NCBI GenBank assembly: GCA_012026655.1
Contig: JAAILG010000183.1
Coordinates: 1-64,000, forward strand
Direction: 5' to 3'
Length of the DNA: 64,000 nucleotides
Source of the DNA: Hydrolagus affinis
Lineage: Eukaryota
Below, piece by piece: positions 49,509-62,535 of the stretch. The first letter of the stretch is position 1. Every line of letters starts with the position of its first letter. The notes beneath the pieces are model-generated. The model worked only from the letters and a program-made list of their open reading frames with translations. It had not been told where the DNA came from and did not search any database. The position numbers and the translations under genes were made by a program.

Positions 49509-52500
49509 TTAGCACTTTGGGCTTCAGGAGGCCTCAAAATGCTTTGCAGGATATAATGTAAAGTGGGGTGTCTGTTTTTCTGTAAAACACTCACATTTCC
49601 AGAGGACTGTGCTGTGAAGGCTCTCTTAGTTGTAAATTAGTTGATAAGTGACATGCTTATCTGTTCATTTTATACGAAAATGGCAGCAATCCAATTATAG
49701 TTAGGAGTTCAGCGAGTTTGTAGAGCATAACAGATCTTTCTCAGAATTGCAAGTAATCTATTGAAATGTGTGGGTGACACCGTTAGGAGGAGACAAAGAA
49801 ATGACATTTATTCAGCCTGTCCCCCTCTTTCTCCCCAAAGCTGCTCATCCAGCAATGGGGAAGTGAGTTTCTCCTGGTGTCCTGGGCAACAATACGCCAG
49901 ATCAATCACTGCACTTTACAGTAACTTTCTCTGAGGACAATTGGATGACGACAACAACAAAAAATTACATTTGTAAAGTGCCTTTCACATCGGGAGATAT
50001 TTTGATGATATGATAAAGTGCTACATAATGTGCAAGGGTTAATATCATGTATTAATTAATTTATCAGTTTGGTGGAGAGAACATAAAGCTTGCATTACTT
50101 TTTAATTTTTGGTTTGAACAATTGTTTCCATCTGGTAATAGTCTAAGGAGGGGGGAGGGATTCAGGCACATCGAGGGTATCCTGCAAATATAGTGTTGGG
50201 TTTGTAGTGTGGCAGCAATTACGCACGGCAGTGCCCCATAAACAGAATTAGATTGACTGACCAAATTATTTTTTTTTTGAAGAGATCATTAACCCCAGAA
50301 AAGCGATCTGTCAATTGTCTCACAACCAGGTTCCTACTGACGGCTGGGTACACAGCCACCCGCTTAATGTTTTGCCTTGCCTGGGTATTCAACTGAGGGC
50401 CTCTCTAACTAATGTGCTACAGGTAAAATCCTGTGAAATGTTTTGAGACATCTTGACAAAGTAATCAGGCAACATATCAATTGCAAGGATTATATTATAC
50501 AAGTGTAATTTTTTGATGTTGTTATTGCTGATGTTATGATTGCAAAGTGTATATAGTGCTCAGAAACGCTAGACTGCATGAAGAGTACAATATAAATGCA
50601 AGCTTTGTTGTTGCTAGTATTATTGGGAAGCACTTACGGGAAGATTGCTGTGAGTTTCTCCTCAAAGTGATGTTGCAATTTAAAAAGCTGAGGTCACGTA
50701 AATACACTTTTCCCAATGACTAAAACTGCCTGTCAGATTTTGCAGACAATGCTTGACTAGGGTAGGGACAACAATCTCAACTAATTGATTCAAAACAATT
50801 ATTGACAATGAGTTGATGAATGGCTGAAACTATCTGTGGTGCAACCAATTACTCAAAGTAAATCTTCATAGAAAGTGAAACAAGAACTTCATACATTCAG
50901 TTTATTCCCAGCTTTTCCCCTCAGGAGTTAATGGATCTTCAATCAAGCAATCGGGCTGGGTGGGCCACTCATTACATGACATAGCATCTTGAATATCGGG
51001 TGAAAGTTTTAAGGCAAATTGTTGGCTCCGCATTTCGTAGGCGAACGCGGCAGCCAATTTGCATCTACTGTTCAACATGGGGCTTGAACCTGCAAATCTT
51101 CTGAGGCAGAGAGCACTACCAGGCTGACACTCTATCATTTATATAGTGCCTTTCACATCGGGAGGATACTTGAAAGCTCTTCACAAAGCTAACATGGAAC
51201 CCAAGTGGAGTGTGGAGGGGGACATGTGACATGTATCCGGCAGGTTAGGAATATAGGAACAGGAAGCCATTTGGTCCATCACGCTTGTTCCATCATTTTC
51301 CAAAATCCACAACTCAATTTCACCACACTGCCCTCTCTCCATAGCCCATGATGCTAACTGTTCAGGGTCTTGGGATGTCCTCCCGGTGTGAAAGGCACTA
51401 TACAAATGTAATTTGTTACTGTTGTTACTAGGAGGTGAATTAGAGCTGTTAGCAGGGACTCTCCCTCCATTATCCCCTCGTTCTCGGTGCAAAGAAACAC
51501 CTAGACCCAAGCCTTGACTAACTCCCTGTGATGGACAGACAGGATTAAACTGCAACAAGTTTAGGGTTGGTACGCTGGAGGCAGTAGGTCACTGATATGC
51601 TGTCAAAAACTACTCATATTTCCAAGCACAACCCATAGACTTGGTCAATACTGGTCTTGCAAGTTCCAAAAAAACAATTAAACTTTTACAATAACACATG
51701 TTCAAGGAAACGCACCACTCTCCCATAATGATAATCTGTGCCGCACCTCAAACCACATTTATATACTGTATGTACTCCATCCTTTTTCTTTTAATTCTAT
51801 TCTTTTGTAGTCTGTATTCCAAAGTATCTTTAAAATAATATTGTACAGGTACTTTAAAAAAAATCTAATCAAAACGAACACTTTAAGCTTTGTGCCTCGT
51901 TTCAAATTGTAAACATCTCTGCTGATTTTCTCAAAACAACTTTCAACAAAGCAACCTGGTTGAATGTTCACAAAAATGATAATCTGCAAAGATAGTTTGA
52001 AGGAAGATAAAATTTGAAAAAAAATACATTTCAGCAAATGAGTGAAAAGTTTTTGTGAATAGCAGCCAAGGCTTGACGGGGAATGAATCATGTTTGTTTA
52101 GCTGTGCTGAACCTATGAGGAGTCCCCATCCTTTCAGATGATACCGGACAAGTTTGAGCAAGCCTCGAACTGAGGGAGCAATCTCTCTTTGAACAGAAAA
52201 CAAAATATCAGCGCTGATAGCAATGGGTGGCAACTTTCTTTGGAATCTCAGTTCTAATAAAATGTTGACTGGGCCTTCACAAGCTGCTGTCATGGTAATG
52301 AACAGTTAGGATGTGTTTCAAACCAGTTCGTTTTCCGCGCCTTACCGTAGAAAAAATTCACTTTGAAACCTTTGCTTTAAATTGCTTTGTACTACAACCC
52401 TGGTCGTGTGAGCCAATGACACGGCACAATCTAAAACACTGCATTGGCCACAATAAATTTTAGAAACGCGTGTATGCGTGTGTCAGCCTGGCTTGTTTGT

Positions 52501-52759
52501 ACAGCTCTCGCCTCTGAGCCAGAAGTGGGTTCTGAATGAATTCTGGCCGTCTCTGTCAGCACCTTTACGAGTGTCGACCTCGCTACGTTGGTAGTACTGT
52601 ACTCTCCTCTGAATCAGAAAGTTGTGGGTTTAAATCCCATGATGGGACTTTGTATTTGCGAATCCAGGCTGATACTCTAATGCAGTGCTGGGGGATATCC
52701 CTACATTATCAGAGCTGATGTCGAATGAGACATTAAACCCTATCTGTCTGTTCAGGGAG

Positions 52760-53132
52760 TTGGTCTTAGTCAGGTGAGAACAGGATCAGGCTAGTACATG
52801 ATGCCCTCTGAAGTCAATTGCTGGGAGTGCCTGTGAGGAGGTTCAAGACCCTAATTCTCTGCAGCATATTAATCTGTGGCACTTTATGACCATGTTTTAC
52901 CCAGATTTAAACCACAGTAAAACATCAGCCACTGAAAACTCATTGCTGGAGCTCTGGCTAGTGCTGAAGGGATAAAGGCACTTACTGCTATCAGACCCAT
53001 CAGCCATCACTCGCCTCAGCATGACTTGTTGAATAGTTGCATCCAACCAGGATAGCAGTTAGTATGTTACAATTGGCCTTAGTCAGGTGAGAACAGGATT
53101 AGGCTAGCACATGATGCCCTCCAAAGTCAATT
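52760..53132 (+). repeat. About 60-bp direct repeat (52760-52819 and 53073-53132)
   Basis: ttggtcttagtcaggtgagaacaggatcaggctagtacatgatgccctctgaagtcaatt vs ttggccttagtcaggtgagaacaggattaggctagcacatgatgccctccaaagtcaatt (5 mismatches). Confidence 0.9.
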
Positions 53133-53678
53133 AACATGCCAACACTCATCTTATAATGATATATCCTTGCATTTATCCTTGCATTCGTATAACATGCCTT
53201 ATCATGTTAAGATGTCTTAAATCACTTTACAGGTAAGTGTTATCAAGAGTGATGATTCTTTTTGTAGGCAATACAGCAGACATATACATACCACAATGTT
53301 CCACAGCTACATGTTAGTCTGAGAAATAATTAATCAAATAAACAGGAGTAACTCCCTTCTATTTTTTTAATAGTATGCTGGATGTTTAATGTCCCTGAAC
53401 AAGAATACTGTACCGTGATTTAATGTCTCTTCTGAAGTACAATACCTCTAACAATGCATTATTCGTCCAGCATTGGAGCTTCAGATTTGACTAAGAACTC
53501 AGATCAATGTGAGCCTTGAACTCGCAACCTACTGACCTAGAGTCGAAAGAGCTACCAAATGGGCTAGGCTGGGTTGATACTATATATCTTCAGAAGATAA
53601 AGGGGTAAACGAGCAAGAAAATTGTGGGAGAATTCATTTCTGTTCATAAGAGTACAGTACATGGGAGTTATCACTTAC

Positions 53679-53753
53679 ATTGGCTGAATCGAATTCCAGA
53701 GGATGGGGACATTGCTTAGGACCTGACCAGAAAGGAACTCTTTGAGGTGTGAC
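53679..53753 (-). CDS. UBA7: E1 exon B, 75 nt: VTPQRVPFWSGPKQCPHPLEFDSAN
   Basis: Not in the ORF track; read by hand. Acceptor tttccag|, donor |gtaagt, phase 0/0. Contains the conserved PFWSGPKxCPxPL motif of UBA1/UBA7. Confidence 0.95.
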
Positions 53754-56436
53754 CTGGAAAAGATTAGAAATTTATCAGTGAAAGTTTAGCGAAAAAAATC
53801 TGCTACAAACAAAGGTCCAGATGGCCTACAAGATACACATTTTATAGTAAATTTACAGTAATAAGGCTTTGAGACGTTCTGCTGAGGTGAAAGGGGCTAT
53901 ATGAAATGCAAATAATATTATTATTTATCTACTGGCTATCTCTTCAAGAAACCATTGCCTGTCTCTCAAGAGGCAATCATCGTCCCTTATTTACTCCATG
54001 CCTTTGTGTGATATCATGCAGATAAGATTAAGATTTTATCTGATTAGACTCCAGTGCTTACCCCAACACACACTCTGGATCCCTAAAAACTTTGGCTCTT
54101 GCCAACCTGCACCAATATTCTCTGGAATTAGATAAGCAATTAGATGAGCATGCGTCCCTCCAGGGATAGAGTGCGCATTGAATTCCAACAATCTATCTCT
54201 GGAATTTCTATGTGTAAGTGGGATGCATGGAATTCTGAGCAGGGTTTGGATACTCTTAAGCACGGTGATGGGGTTCCTAATATATCAGACACCCAGCTGA
54301 AGTACCAAAATTTATTCAATCTACAAAGTTAAAGATTTCAAATTTCAAACAGGATATTTCCACATATCTTTTAGCTGCCGTTGAGTGTTTGGAGAGATGA
54401 TAAGCAATCTCATCTGATAAACTCACACTGCCTTCTATTGGCTGCATTGAGATCCCAATTCCATTGCAGAAACATTTTATAAGCATTTTTCACCCGAACA
54501 CCAAATCTTCAACTTTTCAAATGAATTCAATTTGGGGATTTTAAGTGTAACAAAGGGTTTGAATTGCAGTATTCTCTGTATAGCAGAAAAGGAACAGAGT
54601 TCACATAGGCAAAGTCAGAATGAGGGATTAGGATGGGATCAGACTCCAAGGCTCTGTACCTGGTTTACTGGTTGATCCAGCCCTGCCCATAGGTTGGCAA
54701 GACGCATTTCCAGTTACTGATAGGAGTCACTATTCTCTATAATTCCTATTCTTGTAAACAACTGATGTCTCAAAGTGGTTCCTTCTGTGTCAGCCTGGCT
54801 CAGTTGGTTGTGGGTTCAATAATAATAATAATCCTTGCATTTGATATGGCACCTCATCATGTCTTCGAGACGTCTCAAAGCGCTTCACAGAATATACTGC
54901 AAAGTGAATTGAGACTGTCTATTTTGCGGGAGAAATAGGGCAGCCATTTGAGCACAGTAGTGTCCCACAAACAGTTGTGGATTGAATTGAACAATTTATT
55001 ATTATTACACTATCAAATTATTTTTTGAAGGCCCATGCCAGGATTTTGAACTCAAATGTAAGGATTACTTTTATGTTTAGTAACTGGAATGTATGAAGTG
55101 ATTGAAACAAATCACAATTGCATTAGATTTGCGGAGAACAATTTTTATTACGTATCCTGGACTTTTAAATCTTTAGGTTACCAGAGAAATAAATTTACTC
55201 TAGATTGAGTAAGATAAACACTGATAAAAATCCACCCTTTCTTCAGTGTTTTCAATGCATCAACTAATTATTTCCTCCAAGGCCAATTGCCATCTGTAAG
55301 ATCTGACACAGTAGTAAACAGAAAAGGGTCCCATGCCCAAGAGAGACAGTAATAATGTGCATCAGGAGTTCTTACCCCAGATCAAAAGTGACATTGTTAA
55401 TCATTGAAAAAACAAGTTTTACCCTTGAGCTAAATGAAAATCAATTTACGAAGCCTTCAATGAACAAAGCTGTGTATGTTATGCTGGGATAGAGGAACTA
55501 GGAGCTGATCACTTGGCCACTTCCTGACCTTTAATTGGCTTGTAGACTTTGCATTCCGATAGTTATTATGCTGAAGCATTCACTGTTATTAAACTGAGAT
55601 AGCAAAGATCTTGTAGCTCAAGGGGAATCACTATTTTTTGGCTTGTTCATATCCTTCTTAGAAATATAAAAATACAATAACAGTACTGTAGTTAGATCAC
55701 TCACAGAAAGATTTTTGGATCAATGATTGGTGAACTTTAACACGTGGTTTAGTGCAATTTTTGTGAGAATATTTTTTAACCCTGTTAATTGGGAGGACGC
55801 CCATCATTGAAGATATTTTTAACAAGGGCGTTTTCAGAATAAATAAATAATGTTTGTATTGACAGATTCCTGAGAGGGGCACTAGTGCCCTCCTGGACGG
55901 ACATGAAGTAGGAGTTATATATGCATAGAAACCAAGCTTTTTTTCTACTTTCTCAAATTTTACTTTATATAAAAAATAATGATAAAGCCCTTTCACGTCC
56001 GCACAACATCTCAAAATGCTTCACATGATTTACTGCAAAGTATAGCGACTGTGCATTTTGGAAGCATTAGGTGTGTTGACGTTATTCTGCTTTTACAAAG
56101 TGAGCTACAATCATGGCCCATTCAAAGAGAGATTCTTACCAACCACAGACCAATTTAAAATGTAACCAGACCTCAGCTTATAACTTTTCTAACCAGCTGA
56201 ATCTGATCTGGGAGCACTGGTACCATAAAGATTTAAGAAGTAGCACCATGCAGAACGGCTTCCAGGGCTGATATGATCTGTTGAAACACTATTTTCTTAA
56301 GAATGTGGATGTGAATCTCACTGGTGTAAAAACAACTGTAGAATTGGGCTTCACTGAACGTCTAAGGAGGATGTTCAATTTCTCTTAGAAAATGAGATAA
56401 GATGCACAATATGCCAAGGAGCTGAGAGATGCAGTA

Positions 56437-56795
56437 AGTTCTGTAGCATAGTGATTCAAACTCAATAAGTAAGTGAAAGGGCTTGTGTTCGATTCCGGGC
56501 AAGGTGAAACCTCAGGCAAGTTTCCTGACTCCACACGCCTCGGTTTAGCTCGCAGTAAGTAGGAATTGTTGTTAGTCAATTTGGGGGGGTGGCTTTCTGA
56601 GGGCAATAATCCCGTAAAAAATTATAATTTGGTCACTCAATCTATGACTGTCTGTAGGATATTGCTGTGCAATTGGCTGCTATGTGTTGCCCACAAAATG
56701 TAGTCAATTCACTTTACTGTATATTCTGTGAAGCATTTTGAGACGTCTCAATTATGTGATAAGGAGCTATATCAAATGCAAGGATTATTATTATA
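56437..56795 (+). mobile_element. tRNA-head SINE, long subfamily
   Basis: gttcgattccgggcaaggtgaaacc B-box region through gcaaggattattattat. Confidence 0.85.
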
Positions 56796-59016
56796 TATAG
56801 ATAAAATAGGATCACTGGATGATCCTTTCCCGATTGATGTGAATTCATCAGTCCATATAATTCTCTGTAATTTGAGCTATCATGTGATTTTCTTAAGAAA
56901 ATAAGTTTTGTTTAAAAACGTATTGTGGCTGATGTATATACAGAATGAAATGGTCTTGGAGTTCTATGAATCTCATGCTCTATAAAATAAGAGGTATGAC
57001 AGAGAGAGATTGTTAGCACAAACTGAAAGTACAGTCTGTTTTACAACGTTTTTGCCACAATGTCTTAGCTATTTCACTTGAAGTTGGATGTTCTGCTTGT
57101 TTAACACTGCATGAAAACAACCCGTTCGTAATAAATCTCTGCACAAGACATTTTGTTCAAATAAATCTTCATTCTTAGTGCAAGTCAGGAGAGAATTTAT
57201 ATTTTTTTAGATGAGAGATGTCAATGCTAGTGAATTTTCCTCTTGCCAGACAATTTTGAAAAACCCAACACAACTACAAAGCACAATTCTCCAAAACATG
57301 GTCCCAATTAATAAGAACAACTTGCATTTATATACAGCCCCTCCCAGAGCGCTTGACAATGGTGGTGTGGGTGGCGGCAGGTGGGATGGGAGGGGGGGAG
57401 AGGTGACCATTGGCCTCGTCGAAGGGAAAGCTTTTCAGGTGCAATCTGAAGATGGGGTGGAAAGAGCAAGGCGGAGGGATAGAGGAAGAGTGGTTCCAGA
57501 GTTTCTAGGCTTTGTGGCTGAAATCGCAGCCAGCGCTTAGCTCCAGCCTTAGCTCAAAGCTGAGCTACCACCTTTCTCGTTTACCAATGATCATCATGAC
57601 CGTTATTTTCACAACAGATATTGGTGTGACCATGAGAAGTGTAACTGCCAATACATAAAGTATTAATGGGACACTGTGAGCAGTGGATTTATACCCATTA
57701 GCATTAACTAGTTTGAAACAAACTGACTTTCAGATCCTCAAAGGCTTTGGCAGTGACTTGAATTCAAGTCATCTGGAGTGGATTTAAACTCTGGTTCCAT
57801 GTGCAAAGGAATGTGCCCAAGCTCCCTGTGACACCAGTTCCTTAATTAGTTGCTAATGCAATTGGCTCGGAATATTAGCCTTTGATTCTGTGCCAATACT
57901 TGGCCACTCTGATCTTTCCATCTTGAAAACATTCCACTGATTAATAAAAATAATAATCTGTGCGTTTGATAGGGAGCCTTTAATGTCGTCGAGACGTCTC
58001 ATAGCACTTCACAGCATATAATGTAAAGAGGAGTGACTGTGTATTTTGTGGGCAAAATTTGCAGCCAGTTGCGCACAGCAATGGAGTGAGGGAGCAATTT
58101 TATTCGGAGGAATTTTTGCTAGGGCACTGGGAGAAATTCTCTTCTCTTTTCGAATAGTGTCATGGGATCTTCAACATCCACCTGAGCAGGCAGTCGGGAC
58201 CTCGGTTTATTGTCTCATCTGAAAGGCAGCATCTCTGACAACACATTGGAGTTAATTCTGTTAGCTTCTTTTTGTCGTGAATTGCTTCCATCAGCTCGCT
58301 TATGGCCTCCACGACCAGACCCATATACAGATGCATCTTTTAACAGGTTTCTCTGGATAGTGGTGAGGGACCCCGGCTGACATTTCCCCCGTTACACCAT
58401 GGATAATTGAGGCTGACCAAAACCATTTTTCTCCCCCCACCCACCCCACTCCCAACCGCCCCACTTCCTTCTGAAATCAGGAAACCAAATGGAGTTTGAA
58501 CCTGCAACCTTCTGGTCTTAATGGCTCTAACCAAAACGCTCCAGGACAATAATCAAAAGTGTGTCAGTTTAGTTACAAAAGATATTCTGTGAAGCGCTTT
58601 GAGAGGTCTAGAAGACGTGAAATGCGCTATATCGAATGCAAGGATTATTATTATTATTAAGATATACATGGCAGCTAAAAGAATTAAAAGTGGGAAGCTA
58701 ATTCTCTAGCGATTGTCTCTTGCAATATAAGTATATACATATATATTTTTATAAAAACATGTTTGCATAGTTTTGCACAGTTCACACGACCTTTAAGTCA
58801 CCCCTTTTACCACAAGGGAAGCAAATGAAAGCTGCTCTTTGACCAAATACTGCCTCAAATACTTTCTCAATCCCTGAGAAAGCTCCATCGGAAAAACTCC
58901 AGAAGCAATTACTCTTTCAGTCCGAGTGCTGAAACACCAATTCATTCCACTGTCCCAGATGGCCTCCTTTCCCCTGCCTCCTTCCCACACACTCCCCCAT
59001 TCCCCAATCTCCATAC

Positions 59017-59212
59017 CTTGTCCGACGGGAAGTTGTGCAGGAGTTGGCGGATCTTGTTGTTATACTGCGTCTGCCAGTGTCTTCTGGCCCAGTCCACGCA
59101 GTCAGCCCAAGTCACTGGTTTATCAGACACCAGGCTCTTGTAAACACCTTCCAGGATTTCCAAAGCCAGACCTTCCTGCAGCTTCAATGTCCGATCCATA
59201 AAGGAAGGGTCT
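59017..59212 (-). CDS. UBA7: E1 ubiquitin-like activating enzyme (UBA7/UBA1-like), internal exon A, 196 nt: (x)DPSFMDRTLKLQEGLALEILEGVYKSLVSDKPVTWADCVDWARRHWQTQYNNKIRQLLHNFPSDK
   Basis: Minus strand has acceptor ttaaccag| and donor |gtatgg. The translation aligns to the UBA1 segment DPKFVERTL...PQTWADCVTWA...QYSNNIRQLLHNFPPDQ (SCCH domain), recalled from memory. The E1 call is firm; the UBA7 symbol is less certain (~0.65). Confidence 0.95.
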
Positions 59213-59514
59213 CTGGTTAATGTAAGGGAGAAGTCAGTTATCCTCAGGACTCATGGCTCAATGTACACTTCAATGTCAAGTTGAGGGCAGTTGCATGCAA
59301 TTGGAATTTTTTTTCCAAAACATCAGAGCAAATGTAATACAGATGTGCCCTCAAAAGTTTCACAGGCAATGTTTTGCTGTCAAATATTACAATGCTATAA
59401 GACACAGATAAGCACAGGTTATCTTATGTGTAAAGAGGGTTTCGGCTGAGTTAAAAATAATATCTAAATAGGTTTATTCTTCCTGGATTGCACCTGGTGT
59501 CCTGCAGATTATTG

Positions 59515-59870
59515 GCCAAGCAAGAGGACCCCGGTTCGATTTCCGGGCTGGCCGAAACCTTAGGCATGTTTCGTTACTCCATACGTCTCTGTTTACCAAG
59601 CAGTAAGTAAGAACCTGGTTGGTAGTCAATTTTTTATCAGTATTACTTGGGGATTGCTTTCTGAGGGTAATAATCCCTTCAATAAATAAGTAACTGAATA
59701 ATAATTTAGTTGCTCAATCCACAACTGTTTGCGGGACATTGTAGGGTGCAATTGGCTGCCGAGTTTCATGTAAAAAAAATGCTGTCAATTCAATGTTCAG
59801 TATATTCCTTGAAGCACTTTGAGACGTCTCTACAATATGATAAGGTACTATATTAAATGCAAGGATTATT
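59515..59870 (+). mobile_element. tRNA-head SINE, long subfamily
   Basis: gaggaccccggttcgatttccggg through gcaaggattatt. Confidence 0.83.
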
Positions 59871-59984
59871 TTTAGTTTAAGTATTTTTATTATTTCAAAT
59901 GTGATTTTTAACATGATTTTTCTTTCAAACACCCGAAAAATTTAAAAATCTCATGATGGAGAGTGATTTTATAACAATCATGCC

Positions 59985-60497
59985 TGCAGTTATAGAGGGG
60001 GTGCAGAAGAGATTTGTTAGGATGACATTAGTGATGAATGGCAAAGCGGTGACTGGAGGAACTGGGTTGTTTTCTACTGGAACAAAGAAGGTTAAGTGGT
60101 GAGGTCTTTTAAAAAGCATTACCTGAGACTTGATAAAGGCCTCTTTAAAATTGTGAGATCTGATCAATAGGAGAATTTATTTACACTGGTTGATAAGTCA
60201 GTAAGAAGAGAACATCACTTTAAGATAGTTTGTAAGGAGAAAATGGGAAAGTTAGCAGACATTTTTTCTCATATAGTCGGCACATAGAATGTCCTGTCGG
60301 GAGTGTCAGTTCAGGCAGAATCTATATTGACTTTCAAGAAGGAATTAGACAAATACCTTGATGTTTTAAAAGACATCAGCTACGGAGTATTGGGAAAGGG
60401 CAGGTAAATAGGTCTGAAGGATTGCTCTCAAGGGAGCTGACACAGACGTGATGGGCCGAATGCCCTTCTTCTGTGTCGTGAGTTTCTATGGATCTAC
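59985..60497 (+). mobile_element. CR1 LINE 3' end, decayed
   Basis: IEGVQKRFVRM, LEELGLFS/EQRRL and FKKELDKYL peptide remnants, plus the 3'UTR gatgggccgaatgcccttcttctgtg...ttctatg. Confidence 0.85.
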
Positions 60498-61734
60498 TTG
60501 ATATAGTGGCTTTCACATTGGGAGGACATCGTAAAGTTTCGCAGGACATACTATAAACTACCATATGCACACAATAATGTCCCATAAACAGTCATGAAGT
60601 GAACGGCAAGCCTTATTTGAGGAAATGTTAACCAAGACAACATGAGAAACTTTATTTTTTTCAAATAGCACCATGGGTTCTTTAACATCCACTTGAACAA
60701 TCAATTTAGCCTCTCATCTGTAGGATGGCACCTAAGGTTTGCCTACGGTTTCGCCCTGCCTGAGAATTAAACCCAGGTTTCCTCGCTTGTAAGGCGAGCA
60801 CATGAACAATATTCTACTAAACTCCACAGCTTTGTAGGGTGGGGGGAGGGGGGGGTGGGGGAGAGGGGAGGTATGGCATTGTCAATGGTGCCATTGTTTG
60901 GGTAATAAGATATTGGGGTAATTGAAACACAGATCCCATCTATTAGTTGAGGTGCGTGTTAGTATTTTTAAGATGCTAAAAAGTTACATGCTGTTAAGGA
61001 AAGTTTATTGAGTGAAGCATCTGGAGATGGCAGATATTAACTAACATTAGAACCTCACTAGGGATTCCTAATGCACCATTATTATTTTATTATTATTTAT
61101 AATTCTTATTACGTCATGTTATTATTTCACTGTACTTATATATTATTGACCAGACTTGTAAGTGTGGAGAACAAAACTCTGAACCAGGCTGATCATAGAC
61201 AACTGGCTTTTAAACTGCAGTCCAAGTCTCTGCCAACTGGCGACCAGCTGGACAGCAAAGATTCGTTGCACTGGGTCTCAAAACAAAGCTCATTTGAGAA
61301 TCCCATCCCTCTGGCTGTAGAACAAGTGAGTGAATGTTGAAAATGAGTTGCAGATGTCTGATCTAAGTTCATTGAGCGGAAAGAGGAAACAGGCAACATT
61401 TAGTGGCTGTCCAGCTCGTAATTCACTGCCCGTTTCCAGGCACTTCATTTCTGTCGCTTCTTCCTGTAAACCTGGAATGTTTAACTGAAGATCACCTCTC
61501 AAGAGCTTTCGCTTTTTAAGTAATCCTTGAAAGAAATCAACCCTCCCCACACACATACACTCCCCATCATTCAGGTCCATCATACTCACTGTCTGCATAG
61601 AATCAGTCATTCAGGGCTGTGTGTGAGACCATGCTGTGTACAAAATGGCTGGCGCTTTTGCCTACAAAATACTGACTGAAAATTATGTGAGGAGATTTGA
61701 ATCATTTAGATGAAGCAATAATAATAATCATAAA

Positions 61735-62535
61735 TCCTAATCATAATCCTTGCATTTGATATAACACCTTATCACGCCGTTGACAAGTCTCAAAGCTATT
61801 CACAGAATATATTGTAAGGTGAATCAACAGTGACCAAAATGCGCCACCCAATCTCACACAACAGTATCCCACAAACAGTGACAGATTGAGTGAAAGGTCT
61901 ACTAGCCCTGGAAAAGCAGGTTGCCAATCGATTAACAATCAAGTTCTTATTTACTGCTTGGTAAACAGACGTGTGCAGTAAGGAAACGTGTCAAAAGTTT
62001 GTCCCGTCCGGGAATCAAAGCAGGTTTCTCTCGCTTGCGAGGTGTGTGCTCAAACCAATAGCCTACAGCAGGGTGGTCTAACCTTTCGGCTGCCAAGAGC
62101 TGGATTCCCCATTTTGGAAAGTGGGCCCCATAAGCAATATTGTGTGTTTCCCTTCTAAAAAAAAACCTGTTGTTTTGTTTCTGGAAGAGAAACCAAAAAT
62201 ATTGCTTTATGTTTCTTTCCTTTTTTCATGTTAGAAGGACATCTCAAAGCACCCAACACCGTAGACTCAGACCTGAGCGAGGGGTGGGAGCCGAGGGAGG
62301 TGGGACGGAGAAGGGAAAAAATGACCAAAAGCCTGGTGAAAGAGTTAGGTTTTGTCCTCGGTGTTAGCATATCTTCGTGTCCGTCCTCAGTGCTCAAGGA
62401 AAGCTCTGACCTCACAATCAACCCAGCCCCAAAGTGCTGCCCACAATTCCCCTCTTTCTCTGCTCTCTCACTATTTTGGTTTCTCTCCTGGGCCGTGGGC
62501 TGCCAATTGGGCCACGCTACCCTATAGGACTCCAC
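61735..62535 (-). mobile_element. tRNA-head SINE split by a later insertion (SINE parts about 61735-62068 and 62520-62535)
   Basis: The revcomp head ...ctacag|gactccac is separated by about 450 bp of inserted DNA. Confidence 0.8.
62069..62519. mobile_element. Non-autonomous hAT (Charlie-like) DNA transposon containing an L2 3' fragment (about 62222-62355, -)
   Basis: Degenerate TIRs cagggtggtctaac / attgggccacgcta, with flanking 8-mers gcctacag (62061-62068) and ccctatag (62520-62527) sharing a central TA. Confidence 0.68.
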
